Below, in pieces: positions 46,478 through 56,899 of a stretch of 64,000 bases of DNA (the stretch's first letter is position 1; each line of letters starts with the position of its first letter). This DNA is from an uncultured Actinomycetota bacterium. GTDB lineage: Bacteria > Actinomycetota > Actinomycetes > JAHEKZ01. The notes under the pieces were generated by a model, which did no database searches, was not told the origin of the DNA, and saw only the letters and a program-made list of their open reading frames with translations. The stretch is from assembly GCA_963829525.1 (NCBI GenBank), contig CAWHIJ010000003.1, forward strand, positions 896,001 through 960,000. The letters run 5' to 3'. The position numbers were made by a program, and so were the translations under genes.

Positions 46478-48934
46478 TCAGAGAGCGCCCTGTCGTTGCA
46501 GGTAGCCGAAGCTCAGCCAACCGGGAAACATGGGGAGCCAAAAAGTGACGGCTCGGAAGAGCAGCGCCGATTGAACTGCGGTGCTGCCATCGAGGCCGGC
46601 TGCGGTCAGGCCGGTAGCCAGGGCGGCCTCCACGGCACCGATGCCGCCAGGTGTTGGCGCGGCCGACCCGACTGCCCCTGCTGCGAGGTAGACGAACCCG
46701 ACTGTTGCGAAGGCCAGGTCTCCGCCGTACGCGTACACCGCCGCGTACAAGGCCGCGGCGTATGAGAGGTTGAGCATCAAGGCGCCACCGACTCCCATCG
46801 CGATCCTCCGTGGCTGACGCGCCGACTCGAGCAGTCGCGGCCAAGTGGTTGACAGCAATGGCATGACGCGAGAGCTGATCGCCCGCCGTGTTGCCGGGAC
46901 GGCCAGGAGGAGCGCCGCGACGCCGATCGTTCCAGCAACGACGAGGAGCACAGTGGTGTCAGGGAGGAGGTTCGGCCCCTGTTGCTGTCCGGTGATCACG
47001 CCGAAGAAGATCACCAAGATGATGTAGGAAGAGAAGACGAAGAGCTGCGTGGCTCCAACGCTCGCTATCGCGACGGCCGGTGAGGCCCCGGCCTGCTGCA
47101 GATAGCGGCTGTTGGTTCCGATGTTGCCGACGGCGGCCGGAGCGACCAAGGACACGAAAGTCGCGGCCAACTGAGTGAGAAACGTGCGGACCCACTTCAG
47201 CGCGACCGGAGCGAGGCTCGAAATCACAACCGTGGCTGAGATATAGGTGAGGGATGACATCGCCAAGGCAGCGGCGGCCCAGCGTGGGTCGGCCTCGGTG
47301 ATGACGGAGACCAGATTCACGCCGGAGAGCTGGGACAGCAAGATGTTGATGGCGACGGTGAAGGCGAAGAACGCGACGACGGTGCGGGGTCGCATTCGTT
47401 CCAGACGCACTGGCTCAGTGGGCGCTGACGGGAAGGCGGCCACCACAGCGCCACGAAGATCCTGTAACACTTCGCGGTCCTGTTTGATGGCCCGTCGGTT
47501 GGTCCGGCTCAGCGCGATCGTTTGGAGAAGTGGTAGCGCCTCCCCTAGTCGCTGAGCCGTGAGCTCTTGGAGCGCGCCCCGCACGGCGCGGTCGGCGCCG
47601 ACGATCAGGGCGGTGGTGACCAGCAGTTCGGCGTCGTCGATTCGAAGCGTCAGCTGGTCGGCAGCGATCTCCCCGTACTCGAGCCCCAGCAGCCAGACGG
47701 ATCCCCGTGCATCGAGAGCGAGGTTCCCGGCATGTAGCTCTTCGTGGGCGATTCCGGCACGGTGTAGAGCTCGCACCTGTTCCCACAGGTCGGCCAGTGT
47801 CGCGTCGTCGAGCTCGGATGGATCGATCGCTGCGAACGTACGGAGTCCGGGGATGTCTTCGAATGCGAGGACGGCGGCATCTGAGGTGACCGATGCGGCA
47901 GCCACAAGGTCAGGAGTTCGGACGTCCTGTCGGCGAGCAGCGAGGACAGGAAGTGCTGCCTGGTCGACCGCTCGGCGGACTGACCACGTAGGGGGGCGCT
48001 CGACCACGCCCTGCACGCGCATCCTTCGATAGAGCTGATAGAGCAATCCGGCCGAGCGTCGGTCGCGGTCGATCACCCGAACGTCGATTGCCCGACCATC
48101 GAGGGTGCTTCCCAGGTAGTGACGTTCGTCGTCGCTCTCTCCCTCCCACTCCAGGTAGGCGAGTGGGAGGGCAACGCCTGCGAGGGCTTGCGAGACCTCC
48201 ACACCGTTGGGGCGCGGATTCACCGTGCCGAAGCCGTATCGGAACGCCAGACCGACCGTTCTGCCACCACTGGCGCTGACCGCCAGTGCCAGGGGGGTAG
48301 CCGACTGGTCGAAGACCAGCAGGATGGTGAAGCCGATGATGGATCCCCAGACCGCTGAGGCCAACCGAGGACGGCCCCGTAACCCGTCAACGGACGCCAG
48401 AGCGATCACGGCTGTCAGCAGGGGAAAGGCGATGGGGCTGCGCGACCCACGTGAGCTCGACGTGGTGAGGGCGTCCAACAGCGTCGGGGACATGAGCTCT
48501 GGGCCGAGAACTGAGAACGCGTAGGAGATAAGCCATGCGCTGACGCCGGCTGCCGCGGCCACTGCAATCGTGCGCCACCTACGGCGGAGTGCAAGGTCGG
48601 CGAGGATGAGCGGCGGCAGGAGCAGAAGCAGCAAGTTACTGGCCAGGGCCAGAACAGTGAGGATGAGATCAGGCAGCGTGGTGATGGCCGTCGTGAGGTC
48701 TTCCTCAAGGCCGGCGGTGGTTCCTAGGGCGACGTCTCCGAGGAACAGCAGCAGCGAAGAGAAGGCAGCCCAGCCGACGAGGCGAAGTGCGTCGTTGGGG
48801 CGCCGGATGCGGCTCGGCTGCTCGGGCTCGACGACATGAGCCGGAGGTGACGGCACGGGGGCGCGTCTGCTCGATGCGCCTATTGGGTGGCCCGCGGACC
48901 GGCCTTCAGCCGGGCCGTCCGGAGTGTCTGCCAC
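46478..48934 (-). CDS. Integral membrane protein with kinase-like and lysylphosphatidylglycerol-synthase-TM (flippase-like) domains
   Basis: N-terminal TM bundle; LHRAGIAHEELHAGN kinase-like segment; PTPGGIGAVEAAL, LFRAVTFWLP. Confidence 0.85.
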   Translation of the reverse strand: MADTPDGPAEGRSAGHPIGASSRRAPVPSPPAHVVEPEQPSRIRRPNDALRLVGWAAFSSLLLFLGDVALGTTAGLEEDLTTAITTLPDLILTVLALASNLLLLLLPPLILADLALRRRWRTIAVAAAAGVSAWLISYAFSVLGPELMSPTLLDALTTSSSRGSRSPIAFPLLTAVIALASVDGLRGRPRLASAVWGSIIGFTILLVFDQSATPLALAVSASGGRTVGLAFRYGFGTVNPRPNGVEVSQALAGVALPLAYLEWEGESDDERHYLGSTLDGRAIDVRVIDRDRRSAGLLYQLYRRMRVQGVVERPPTWSVRRAVDQAALPVLAARRQDVRTPDLVAAASVTSDAAVLAFEDIPGLRTFAAIDPSELDDATLADLWEQVRALHRAGIAHEELHAGNLALDARGSVWLLGLEYGEIAADQLTLRIDDAELLVTTALIVGADRAVRGALQELTAQRLGEALPLLQTIALSRTNRRAIKQDREVLQDLRGAVVAAFPSAPTEPVRLERMRPRTVVAFFAFTVAINILLSQLSGVNLVSVITEADPRWAAAALAMSSLTYISATVVISSLAPVALKWVRTFLTQLAATFVSLVAPAAVGNIGTNSRYLQQAGASPAVAIASVGATQLFVFSSYIILVIFFGVITGQQQGPNLLPDTTVLLVVAGTIGVAALLLAVPATRRAISSRVMPLLSTTWPRLLESARQPRRIAMGVGGALMLNLSYAAALYAAVYAYGGDLAFATVGFVYLAAGAVGSAAPTPGGIGAVEAALATGLTAAGLDGSTAVQSALLFRAVTFWLPMFPGWLSFGYLQRQGAL

Positions 48935-48982
48935 GCGGTGATCGTGCCACACCGAGGCCTCAGGCTCGCTTAAGGTGCGCAG

Positions 48983-49285
48983 GTGGCTCACGAAGCTCTG
49001 CCGACGCCCTACGCCGAGGACGTTCTCGACCTGGTGGCGGCGATTCCTGCCGGACGGGTCATGTCCTACTCGGACGTGGCCCTGACTCTGGGTCGCGGCG
49101 GTGCGCGCCAGGTTGGTCAGGCGATGGCGCGATTCGGTTCAGGTGTCCCGTGGTGGCGGGTGCTGCGTCAGGACGGATCCTGCGCCGACGTCCATCGCGA
49201 CGAGCAGGTCTGCCGGCTGAAGGCCGAGGGAGTGCGATTTTCCGGTGGGCGGGTTGACATGGACTGCGCGCGCTGGCATCCGTGA
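48983..49285 (+). CDS. Alkyltransferase-like (ATL/MGMT family) protein
   Basis: IPAGRVMSYSDVA, ARQVG; PWWRV has Trp instead of the catalytic Cys. Confidence 0.92.
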   Translation: MAHEALPTPYAEDVLDLVAAIPAGRVMSYSDVALTLGRGGARQVGQAMARFGSGVPWWRVLRQDGSCADVHRDEQVCRLKAEGVRFSGGRVDMDCARWHP

Positions 49286-49352
49286 GTGACCCTGCCGCCC
49301 ACCATCACCGTGCAGACGCGGCACTGTCGCACCTCGATGATGGGATGGCCCT

Positions 49353-52300
49353 GTGAGCTCCTCTCCCCTCGTACTCGACGCACATCAGCGTGCGGTGGTC
49401 GAGCACCTTGCGACGGCAGGTCATGGTCCGACACTGGTACTGGCCGGTCCGGGAACCGGTAAGACCACGACGCTGGTCGAGGCCATTGCTGCGCGGGTCG
49501 AGGCAGGCACCGATCCAGCACGCATCTTGACGCTGACGTTCAGTCGGCGAGCAGCTGAAGAGCTTCGCACACGGATCGCCAGACGCCTGCAACGCACCGT
49601 TGCCGCTCCTCTGGCATGGACCTTCCACGGGTTCGGCTTCTCGCTGATGGGCGAGCTGCTCGTTCCAGATGATCTGGGGCGCAGAGTGCGACTGCTCTCA
49701 GGACCGGAGCAAGAAGTTGTCGTCCGCGAGCTGCTTGCCCACGACCGCGAGGTCGGGACAGTGGCCTGGCCGGAAACGCTTGAGGCCGCGCTCCACACCC
49801 GCGGGTTCACCGAGCAGGTCCGCACCTTCTTGGCGTCGGCACGGTCGGTGGGTCTTGAGGCCGACGACATTGCTCAGTTCGCCGATGGCCGTCCAGACTG
49901 GGCCGCGCTTTCTCAGTTCATGGTCGAGTACCTCGACGTCTTGGACTCCCGCGGCCTCCTTGACTACTCCGAGCTCGTGGCCAGGGCCGTCGCCTATGCC
50001 GAGTCTCCGGATGGCCGCGCCGCACTTCGGGCGCGCTACGACCTGGTGGTGGTTGACGAGTACCAAGACACCGACCCGGCGCAAGAACGCCTGCTTCGGG
50101 CGATCGGCGGCGACGGACGCGACCTCGTTGTGGTCGGAGACCCCGACCAAGCGATCTATGCCTTCCGGGGAGCTGATGTTCGGGGCATCACCCAGTTCGC
50201 TCAGCGGTTCCCGAGCGGGCGGGCGGAGCCGGGCACGATCATGACGCTCCGAACGTCGCGGCGTTGCGCGACACACGTCCTTACCGCCTCCCGTCGGGTG
50301 GCTGCGCTCCTAGGGGCGGCCGGAAGCCTTCCGGTCAGTGCCCTACGGGAACACCGATCGCTTGAGTCACCGGCAGGGCACCCGGCTGGCCAGATCGAGG
50401 TGCGTCTGTTCCCCACCGTTGAGCGCGAGGCGGCAGCGATCGCCGAGATCTTGCGACGCGAGCACCTTCACCGCGGCACTCCCTGGCAGCAGATGTCGGT
50501 CCTCGTGCGCTCAGGTCTGACGGACATCCCTGTGCTGGCCAGAGCCCTCGACGCCGCAGGCGTTCCGGTGGAGGTGGCCGCCGACGAGCTGCCGTTGCGC
50601 GACCACCCGGAGTTGGCCCCGCTGCTCAGCATCTTGCGCTATGCGGCCCATCCAGAGTCGCTGACGCCCGACCAGGCGGCGGCCCTGCTCCTCACCCCGT
50701 TGGTTGGTGCCTCGCCCTCTGAGATGCGTCGCCTTGGCCGGGCTCTGCGGGAGGCGCACCGCCAACGCGTCGACGTCGACCCACCGTCTTCTTCTGAGCT
50801 CATCCTTGACGCCGTTCGTGACCCAGGCTTGCTGGCTGAGCTGCCTGACGCGCTCACCGGACGGGCCCGTGTGCTCGCGCAGATCTTGGCAACGGTGCGA
50901 CGCGGCGCAGCTGCCGGGCAGTCGGCCCACGACCTGTTGTGGTCGGTATGGGCCGGCTCGTCATGGGAAGAGCGGCTGACCGTCGCTGCCCATGGCGCCG
51001 GACCGCAGTCCGTGGCTGCGAACCGCGCACTGGACGCGCTGGTCATCCTCTTCGACCTCGCCAGCCGCAGCAACGAGCGCTCGCCCCAGGGAGACCTGGC
51101 CACCTTCATCGCCGAGATCGACGCGCAAGAGATCCCGGCTGCACCTTTGGCGGACGCCGGGGTCGAAGGTTTCGGCGTCCGGGTGATGACCGCTCACCGG
51201 AGCAAGGGCCTTGAGTGGGAGGTTGTCGTCGTTGCTGGTGTGCAGGCCGACGTCTGGCCCGACCTCCGTCGTCGGGGATCACTCCTCGATCCTGACCTTC
51301 TCGGCCCTGATGGCGTCCGGGAACCGATGACCCTTTCCGAGGCCCGACGTGAAGAGCGACGGCTCTTCTATGTCGCGATAACGCGCGCGCGCCGCAGGTT
51401 GGTCTGCACCGCGGTTGAGGCGCCGACCGACGAGGGACTGCGCCCTTCACCGTTCCTCGACGACCTCGAGGTTGAACCACAGCACGACCGGGCCGGCGTT
51501 CAACACCCCTTGACGCTCGCCGGTGTCATCGCCGACCTTCGGGCGGTCGCCTCCGACCCCGGTGCTTCGTTGCCGCTTCGCTCCGCTGCCACAGCTCGCT
51601 TGGCACAACTGGCAGCTGTCGGCGCACCGGAGTCGCCGCTGGCACCCAAGGCGCACCCGCGAGAGTGGTGGGGGCGGCGAACCTCGTCCGACGCCGGACG
51701 CGATAACTCATCGTCGGCGCTTGACCGCGCGCTCTTCCTGTCCGGCTCCCAGGTGGAGGCCTTGGTCCAGTGTCCGCTTCAGTGGTACCTCAGCCGGCGT
51801 GTCAACGCCGAGTCGGGCCGGGGAACCGCCGCCGGGTTTGGTGGAGTCGTGCACGCCTTGGCTGACGCGGTAGCGCGGGGTCAGCTGCCCGCCGAGCTCG
51901 ACGCTCTGACGGTTGCCCTCGACGATGTGTGGGGTCAGCTCCAGTACCCCGCCGCGTGGGAGTCAGACCAGGAGCACGCGCAAGCGGTGGCTGCCATCGA
52001 TCGTTTCCTCCTGTGGCACAACGGGTCGCGCAACCGCACAGTGGTCTCGACGGAAGAGAAGTTCGCCGTGAGTTTCAGCGTTGCTGGGAACGAGCTGCAT
52101 CTCAGCGGCCGGCTCGATCGGCTCGAGCGCGACGACGATGGCTACCTCGTCGTCGTCGACCTCAAGACGATGGCCCACCCCCCGTCCAAGCGTGAGGTCG
52201 CCACGAACCTGCAGCTGGCGACGTACCGCCGGTTGGTGACCGGGGCCGGCAGCCTGACCGAGCCGGTGGCAGCGGCAGAGCTTGTCCAGCTGCGGATCCC

Positions 52301-52505
52301 GTCAGGCACCCATGACCCAGCCCCAAAGGTGCAGCGTCAGGGCGCGACAGAAGAGGCGGACCAGGCGCTCGACGAGGCGCTCGACCACGCGGTGTCCACC
52401 ATCACCTCAGGTGAGTACCCGGCCACACCAGGGCCGGCCTGCTCGTACTGCCCCTTCACATTGACCTGTCCCGCACAGCCCGCCGGGCGTGAGGTCATTC
52501 CATGA
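49353..52505 (+). CDS. adnA: Helicase-nuclease subunit AdnA
   Basis: GPGTGKT, DEYQD, TAHRSKGLEW, FYVAITRA; nuclease motifs RLDRL/VDLKT; Cys cluster CPLQ...CSYC..C. Confidence 0.88.
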   Translation: MSSSPLVLDAHQRAVVEHLATAGHGPTLVLAGPGTGKTTTLVEAIAARVEAGTDPARILTLTFSRRAAEELRTRIARRLQRTVAAPLAWTFHGFGFSLMGELLVPDDLGRRVRLLSGPEQEVVVRELLAHDREVGTVAWPETLEAALHTRGFTEQVRTFLASARSVGLEADDIAQFADGRPDWAALSQFMVEYLDVLDSRGLLDYSELVARAVAYAESPDGRAALRARYDLVVVDEYQDTDPAQERLLRAIGGDGRDLVVVGDPDQAIYAFRGADVRGITQFAQRFPSGRAEPGTIMTLRTSRRCATHVLTASRRVAALLGAAGSLPVSALREHRSLESPAGHPAGQIEVRLFPTVEREAAAIAEILRREHLHRGTPWQQMSVLVRSGLTDIPVLARALDAAGVPVEVAADELPLRDHPELAPLLSILRYAAHPESLTPDQAAALLLTPLVGASPSEMRRLGRALREAHRQRVDVDPPSSSELILDAVRDPGLLAELPDALTGRARVLAQILATVRRGAAAGQSAHDLLWSVWAGSSWEERLTVAAHGAGPQSVAANRALDALVILFDLASRSNERSPQGDLATFIAEIDAQEIPAAPLADAGVEGFGVRVMTAHRSKGLEWEVVVVAGVQADVWPDLRRRGSLLDPDLLGPDGVREPMTLSEARREERRLFYVAITRARRRLVCTAVEAPTDEGLRPSPFLDDLEVEPQHDRAGVQHPLTLAGVIADLRAVASDPGASLPLRSAATARLAQLAAVGAPESPLAPKAHPREWWGRRTSSDAGRDNSSSALDRALFLSGSQVEALVQCPLQWYLSRRVNAESGRGTAAGFGGVVHALADAVARGQLPAELDALTVALDDVWGQLQYPAAWESDQEHAQAVAAIDRFLLWHNGSRNRTVVSTEEKFAVSFSVAGNELHLSGRLDRLERDDDGYLVVVDLKTMAHPPSKREVATNLQLATYRRLVTGAGSLTEPVAAAELVQLRIPSGTHDPAPKVQRQGATEEADQALDEALDHAVSTITSGEYPATPGPACSYCPFTLTCPAQPAGREVIP

Positions 52506-55500
52506 GCCGGCCAACCACGGGACTGACCCGGAAAGGGATCTGCGACCTCTTCGGCATTCCGTTCACCGATGAGCAGCTTGACGCGATCACCGCACCGCAT
52601 GCGCCGGCAGTCGTCATCGCCGGGGCCGGGTCAGGCAAGACCGCGCTGATGAGTGCCAGGGTGGTCTGGCTGGTCTCACACGGTGACGTGACCCCTGACC
52701 AGGTTCTCGGGCTGACCTTCACCAACAAGGCGGCTGCTGAGCTCACAGCGCGGGTCCGCAGGGCACTCCGACTCCTGGAGGGCCCGGACGGCCCATCGGT
52801 TGAGGGCGAGCCGACGGTCAGCACCTACCACGCCTATGCAGCTGCGCTGCTGCGCGAGTACGGGTTGTGGGCCGGTTACGAGCCGGCCGCTCAGCTGCTG
52901 AACGACGCCCAGCGCATCCAGCTGGCCGAGAATGTGGTGCGCCGTGCCCCCGGGCCGTTCCCTGCGCTCGGACTTCGACTCACCGCACTCACCGAGTGCG
53001 TGCTGACCCTCGATGGCGAGCTGAACGAGCACCTGGTCGACGTCGCAAAGCTCATGGCGGACGACACGGCACTGATCGAAGAGCTTGACGCCGTCGAAGC
53101 TCGGGATGGCAAACTTACGGCCGCCCCGGCGAAGGCCCGTGCAACGGCGCAGGCTCGGCTCGAGCTCGCTCCGCTGGTAGCGGAGTTTCGCCGCGTGAAG
53201 GCCCAGCGTGAGCGGGTCGACTTCGGCGACCAGATGGCTTCTGCTGCCATCCTTGCCGAGACGGTGAGCGAGGTGGCCCGTGGTGAACGTATGCGTTTCG
53301 CCACGGTGCTACTCGACGAGTACCAAGACACTTCAATGGCGCAACAGCGTCTCTTGGTGGCGCTCTTTGGCGCGGGACACCCGGTGATGGCCGTAGGTGA
53401 CCCTTTCCAGTCGATCTACGGCTGGCGCGGTGCATCGGTGCGCAACATCTTGACCTTCGACCGCGACTTCGGTGATCCCGAGCCAGCCCCAATCTACGCA
53501 CTCGGTCAGAACAATCGTTCGGGCAGCGCGATCTTGACAGCAGCCAATGCGGTGGCTGAGCCACTGCGTGGTCAGTTCCCCGAGGTGGCTGAGCTTCGCC
53601 CCCAACCGGCGAAGGCTGACACGGGTGAAGTCACGATCGGGCTCTACCGTACGGCTGCCGAAGAGATTGACGTCATCTGCGACGCGGTCGCGGCAGAGGT
53701 TGCGCGAGGGCCGTCCGGCGTCTGACATCGCGATCTTGTGCCGCGAGTCGAAGGTCTTCCCTGCTGTTGTCGCGGGCTTGAGCGAGCGGGGAGTCCCGGT
53801 CGATGTCGTCGGCCTCACTGGGCTGCTCGAGCTGCCCGAGGTCGTCGAGGTGGTCTGCACTCTCGAAGTGCTCTATGACCCGACAGCCAACCCGAGCCTG
53901 GTTCGGTTGCTGAGCGGCCCGCGCTGGCGGATCGGGCCGGCCGACCTCGCGCAGCTCGGTGCTCGAGCCCGCGAACTCGCGGCGTCCCCACATACGGGGC
54001 CACGCGGCGACGCCAAGCCGGTGCGCGAGGAGACGGTGGCTGCCCAGCTCCGTGAGGCAGTAGCCGGGATCGACCCGGCTGAGTCAGTCTCACTGATCGA
54101 GGCATTGGAGGACGCCGGTCCTGGGCCCTTCTCAACAGCTGCTCGGGAACGCTTCGCCGGCCTGGCCGAAGAACTTCGACAGCTTCGAGCCGTGCTTCAC
54201 CAACCGCCTGACGTTGCGATCGCGCGAGTAATTGCGGTGACCGGGCTCGACATCGAGCTGGCCACCCACGGTGTGGCTGCCGATCATCTCGACGCCCTGC
54301 TCGAGCAAGCCCGTGGCTTCACCGCATCAGGAGGAGGCGCGGGCGTCGGCGCCTTCTTGTCGTATCTCGCCATTGCCCGGCGCTACGGCTCGTCGCTGCC
54401 TGTCCCGGCACCGAGCGGAGGTGACGGTGTCTCGCTTATCACCGTGCACAAGGCAAAGGGCTTGGAGTGGCACAGCGTGTACGTCCCACAGGTTGTCGAT
54501 GGTGTCTTTCCCAGCGGACAGTCGCGCAGCACACCGCTGACCTCTCCGGCGTTGCTGCCTTATCGTTTGCGCGGCGATGCCGCTGACTTCCCCGTCGTGG
54601 CTACGTGGACGGGCAACGCCGGCGTCGCTGCCTTCAAGGCTGAGGTTGCTGAGCGTGAGCGTGGTGAAGACAGACGCCTGGCCTACGTGGCTATGACCAG
54701 GGCGGCCGAGCGTCTTGTGGTCACCGGACACCGGTGGGGCCCCACGCAGAAGACGCCTCGCGCCATCAGTGCATACCTGCAAGCGCTGGCCGATGTGTGT
54801 GAGGCCGGTGTGGGCACAGTCCTGCACTGGGAGTCCGAACTGATCGATGCGGGCAACCCTGCGCTCGTTGAGTCGATCGCAGTGCCCTGGCCACCGGTGG
54901 GCGATCCCGTGGTGGCTGCTTCGCGCGAGGCGGCAGCGCTCGAGGTGTTGCACGTGATGCAGGCGCCGAGAGAGGACGAAGAACTCGACGCCGACGACTC
55001 CGAGCGAGTGGCCTCCTGGGACGCCGACATCGCTGCACTCGTCGCGGAGGCGGAGCATCACAGCATCCAGGAGGTCGAGCTGCCATCATTGCTTTCGGCG
55101 TCATGGGCCGTTCAACTGCTTCGGGAGCCCGCGGCTGCCGCTCGTCGGCTCCACCGACCCATGCCACGGCCGCCGGCGGCTGCCGCCCGACGTGGGACGC
55201 GCTTCCACGAATGGGTCGAGGCCCGCTTCGGGCAGGTTCCCCTCATTGACCTCGATGGTCTCCTTCCCGAAGGTGAAGCCGCGCAGAATGACGACCTCAA
55301 GTCGCTGCAGGAGGCCTTCCTTGCCGGGCCATATGCCGATCGCGAGCCGGTGGCGGTCGAAGCGCCCTTCCAGCTGGTACTGGGCGCCCAGATCCTCGTG
55401 GGACGGATCGATGCGGTGTACGTAGCCGACCCGAACGATCCCGCACTGCCTTCAGGTACCCGGTATGAGGTGGTTGACTGGAAGACGGGGCAGAACGCCG

Positions 55501-55673
55501 CAGATCCCCTCCAGCTTGCCCTGTACCGAATCGCGTGGGCCGAGCTGCACCAGGTCCCGATCGATCAGGTGGCGGCCACCTTCTACTACGTCTCCTCCGG
55601 GCGAATCGAGCGCCCCGCCGAACTGCCGGATCGCGAGGCGATTGACAAGTGGTGGAGCACGTCGACCGCCTAG
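52502..55673 (+). CDS. adnB: Helicase-nuclease subunit AdnB, frameshift at about 53708-53710 (one extra G)
   Basis: AGAGSGKT and DEYQD in the first ORF; TVHKAKGLEW, YVAMTRA, GRIDAVY, VDWKTG in the second; removing one G joins them. Confidence 0.88.
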
Positions 55674-55684
55674 GCTCAGCAACT

Positions 55685-56602
55685 GTGACGAGCCTGGAGC
55701 GGAGGATGGCCTTCGCTGGCGCTGCTCACGATCGCGCAGTCGAGTCCCGCCGTGACGAAGCGTTGCTGAACCGAATGTGGGCGCATTCGCAGACTCGGAC
55801 GCTGGTCGTTGCCGGCGGGGAGGTGCAGGTCGACCCGGTCACCGACGCCCCGATCTGGTGGCCCACTGATCAAGCACCAACCGGTGACAGATACCTGCTC
55901 GGCGTGGACACGGCCGACCGCGTTCGATTCGCTGTTCACGTCCCCGTCGGTGTGGCGGTGGAGAAGACCAAGGGCCTTCGCGAGCTGGCGGCCACAGCCG
56001 GTACCGCCGAGTCAGGATGGCTCTGCCATGCAGTTGCCCTGGCACAGTGGCACGCCACTCACACGTACTGCTCCCGCTGTGGTGGACCGACGGAGGTGAG
56101 TGCAGCTGGGGCCGAACGGCATTGCCCGGCCGACGGCTCCTCACACTTTCCCCGAGTTGACCCCGCGGTCATCGTCTTGGTCACCGACGCCGAGGGCCGT
56201 GCGCTGCTGGGACGGCAGCACGCATGGCCAGTGGGGCGATTCTCGACGTTGGCTGGCTTCGTCGAGCCGGGGGAGACCGCTGAGCAGGCGGTCCGGCGTG
56301 AGGTGGCCGAGGAAGCTGCAGTCCTTGTCGAGGACGTCCACCTGTTGGCGACCCAGCCGTGGCCCTTTCCGTCATCGCTGATGATTGCTGCCACCGCGGT
56401 GACAGAAGGATCGCCCGAACCTCGCCCTGACGGCGTCGAGCTCGCCGAGGTGCGCTGGTTCTCGCGGCAGGATCTCGCCCAGTCGGTGGCCGCTGGCGAG
56501 GTAGCTGTCCCAGGACTGATCTCGATCTCTCGGTGGCTGATCAACCGGTGGTACGGCGCCGACCTGCCCGATGAAGGCGCTGGTTGGCGCTCGGGCGGCT
56601 GA
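55685..56602 (+). CDS. nudC: NAD(+)/NADH diphosphatase
   Basis: CSRCG zinc ribbon, FPRVDPAVIV, Nudix box AGFVEPGE..AVRREVAEE, QPWPFPSSLM. Confidence 0.93.
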   Translation: MTSLERRMAFAGAAHDRAVESRRDEALLNRMWAHSQTRTLVVAGGEVQVDPVTDAPIWWPTDQAPTGDRYLLGVDTADRVRFAVHVPVGVAVEKTKGLRELAATAGTAESGWLCHAVALAQWHATHTYCSRCGGPTEVSAAGAERHCPADGSSHFPRVDPAVIVLVTDAEGRALLGRQHAWPVGRFSTLAGFVEPGETAEQAVRREVAEEAAVLVEDVHLLATQPWPFPSSLMIAATAVTEGSPEPRPDGVELAEVRWFSRQDLAQSVAAGEVAVPGLISISRWLINRWYGADLPDEGAGWRSGG

Positions 56603-56611
56603 GCCTCGGGG

Positions 56612-56881
56612 CTACGAAGTCGGCAGACCCAAACGCTCGGCAACGGCGTCCACCGACGGGTTCGACAGTGCCGATCCGTCTGGGAAGCGGACGGTCGGGA
56701 CCATCTGGTCGCCGCCATTGACGCTCACCACCCATTCGGCGGCCGCGGAGTCTTGTTCGACGTCGATCTCGTTGAAGGAGATGCCCCGATCGGTGAGGCG
56801 GCTCTTCAGCCGAGCACAGGGGCCACACCATGAGGCGGTGTAGACGATCAGCTGAGCCCGCCCAGGTGCCGTGTCAGTCAT
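56612..56881 (-). CDS. mrx1: Mycoredoxin (glutaredoxin-like)
   Basis: YTASWCGPCARLK, NGGDQMVPTVRFPDGS; nudC-mrx1-uvrD2 synteny. Confidence 0.85.
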   Translation of the reverse strand: MTDTAPGRAQLIVYTASWCGPCARLKSRLTDRGISFNEIDVEQDSAAAEWVVSVNGGDQMVPTVRFPDGSALSNPSVDAVAERLGLPTS

Positions 56882-56899
56882 AGATGTCAGGATGCCCGA

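Noticed and set aside
53700-53725. Programmed frameshift in adnB
   Set aside because: No slippery heptamer; one extra G in a GGG run restores a normal core gene, so a sequencing error is most likely
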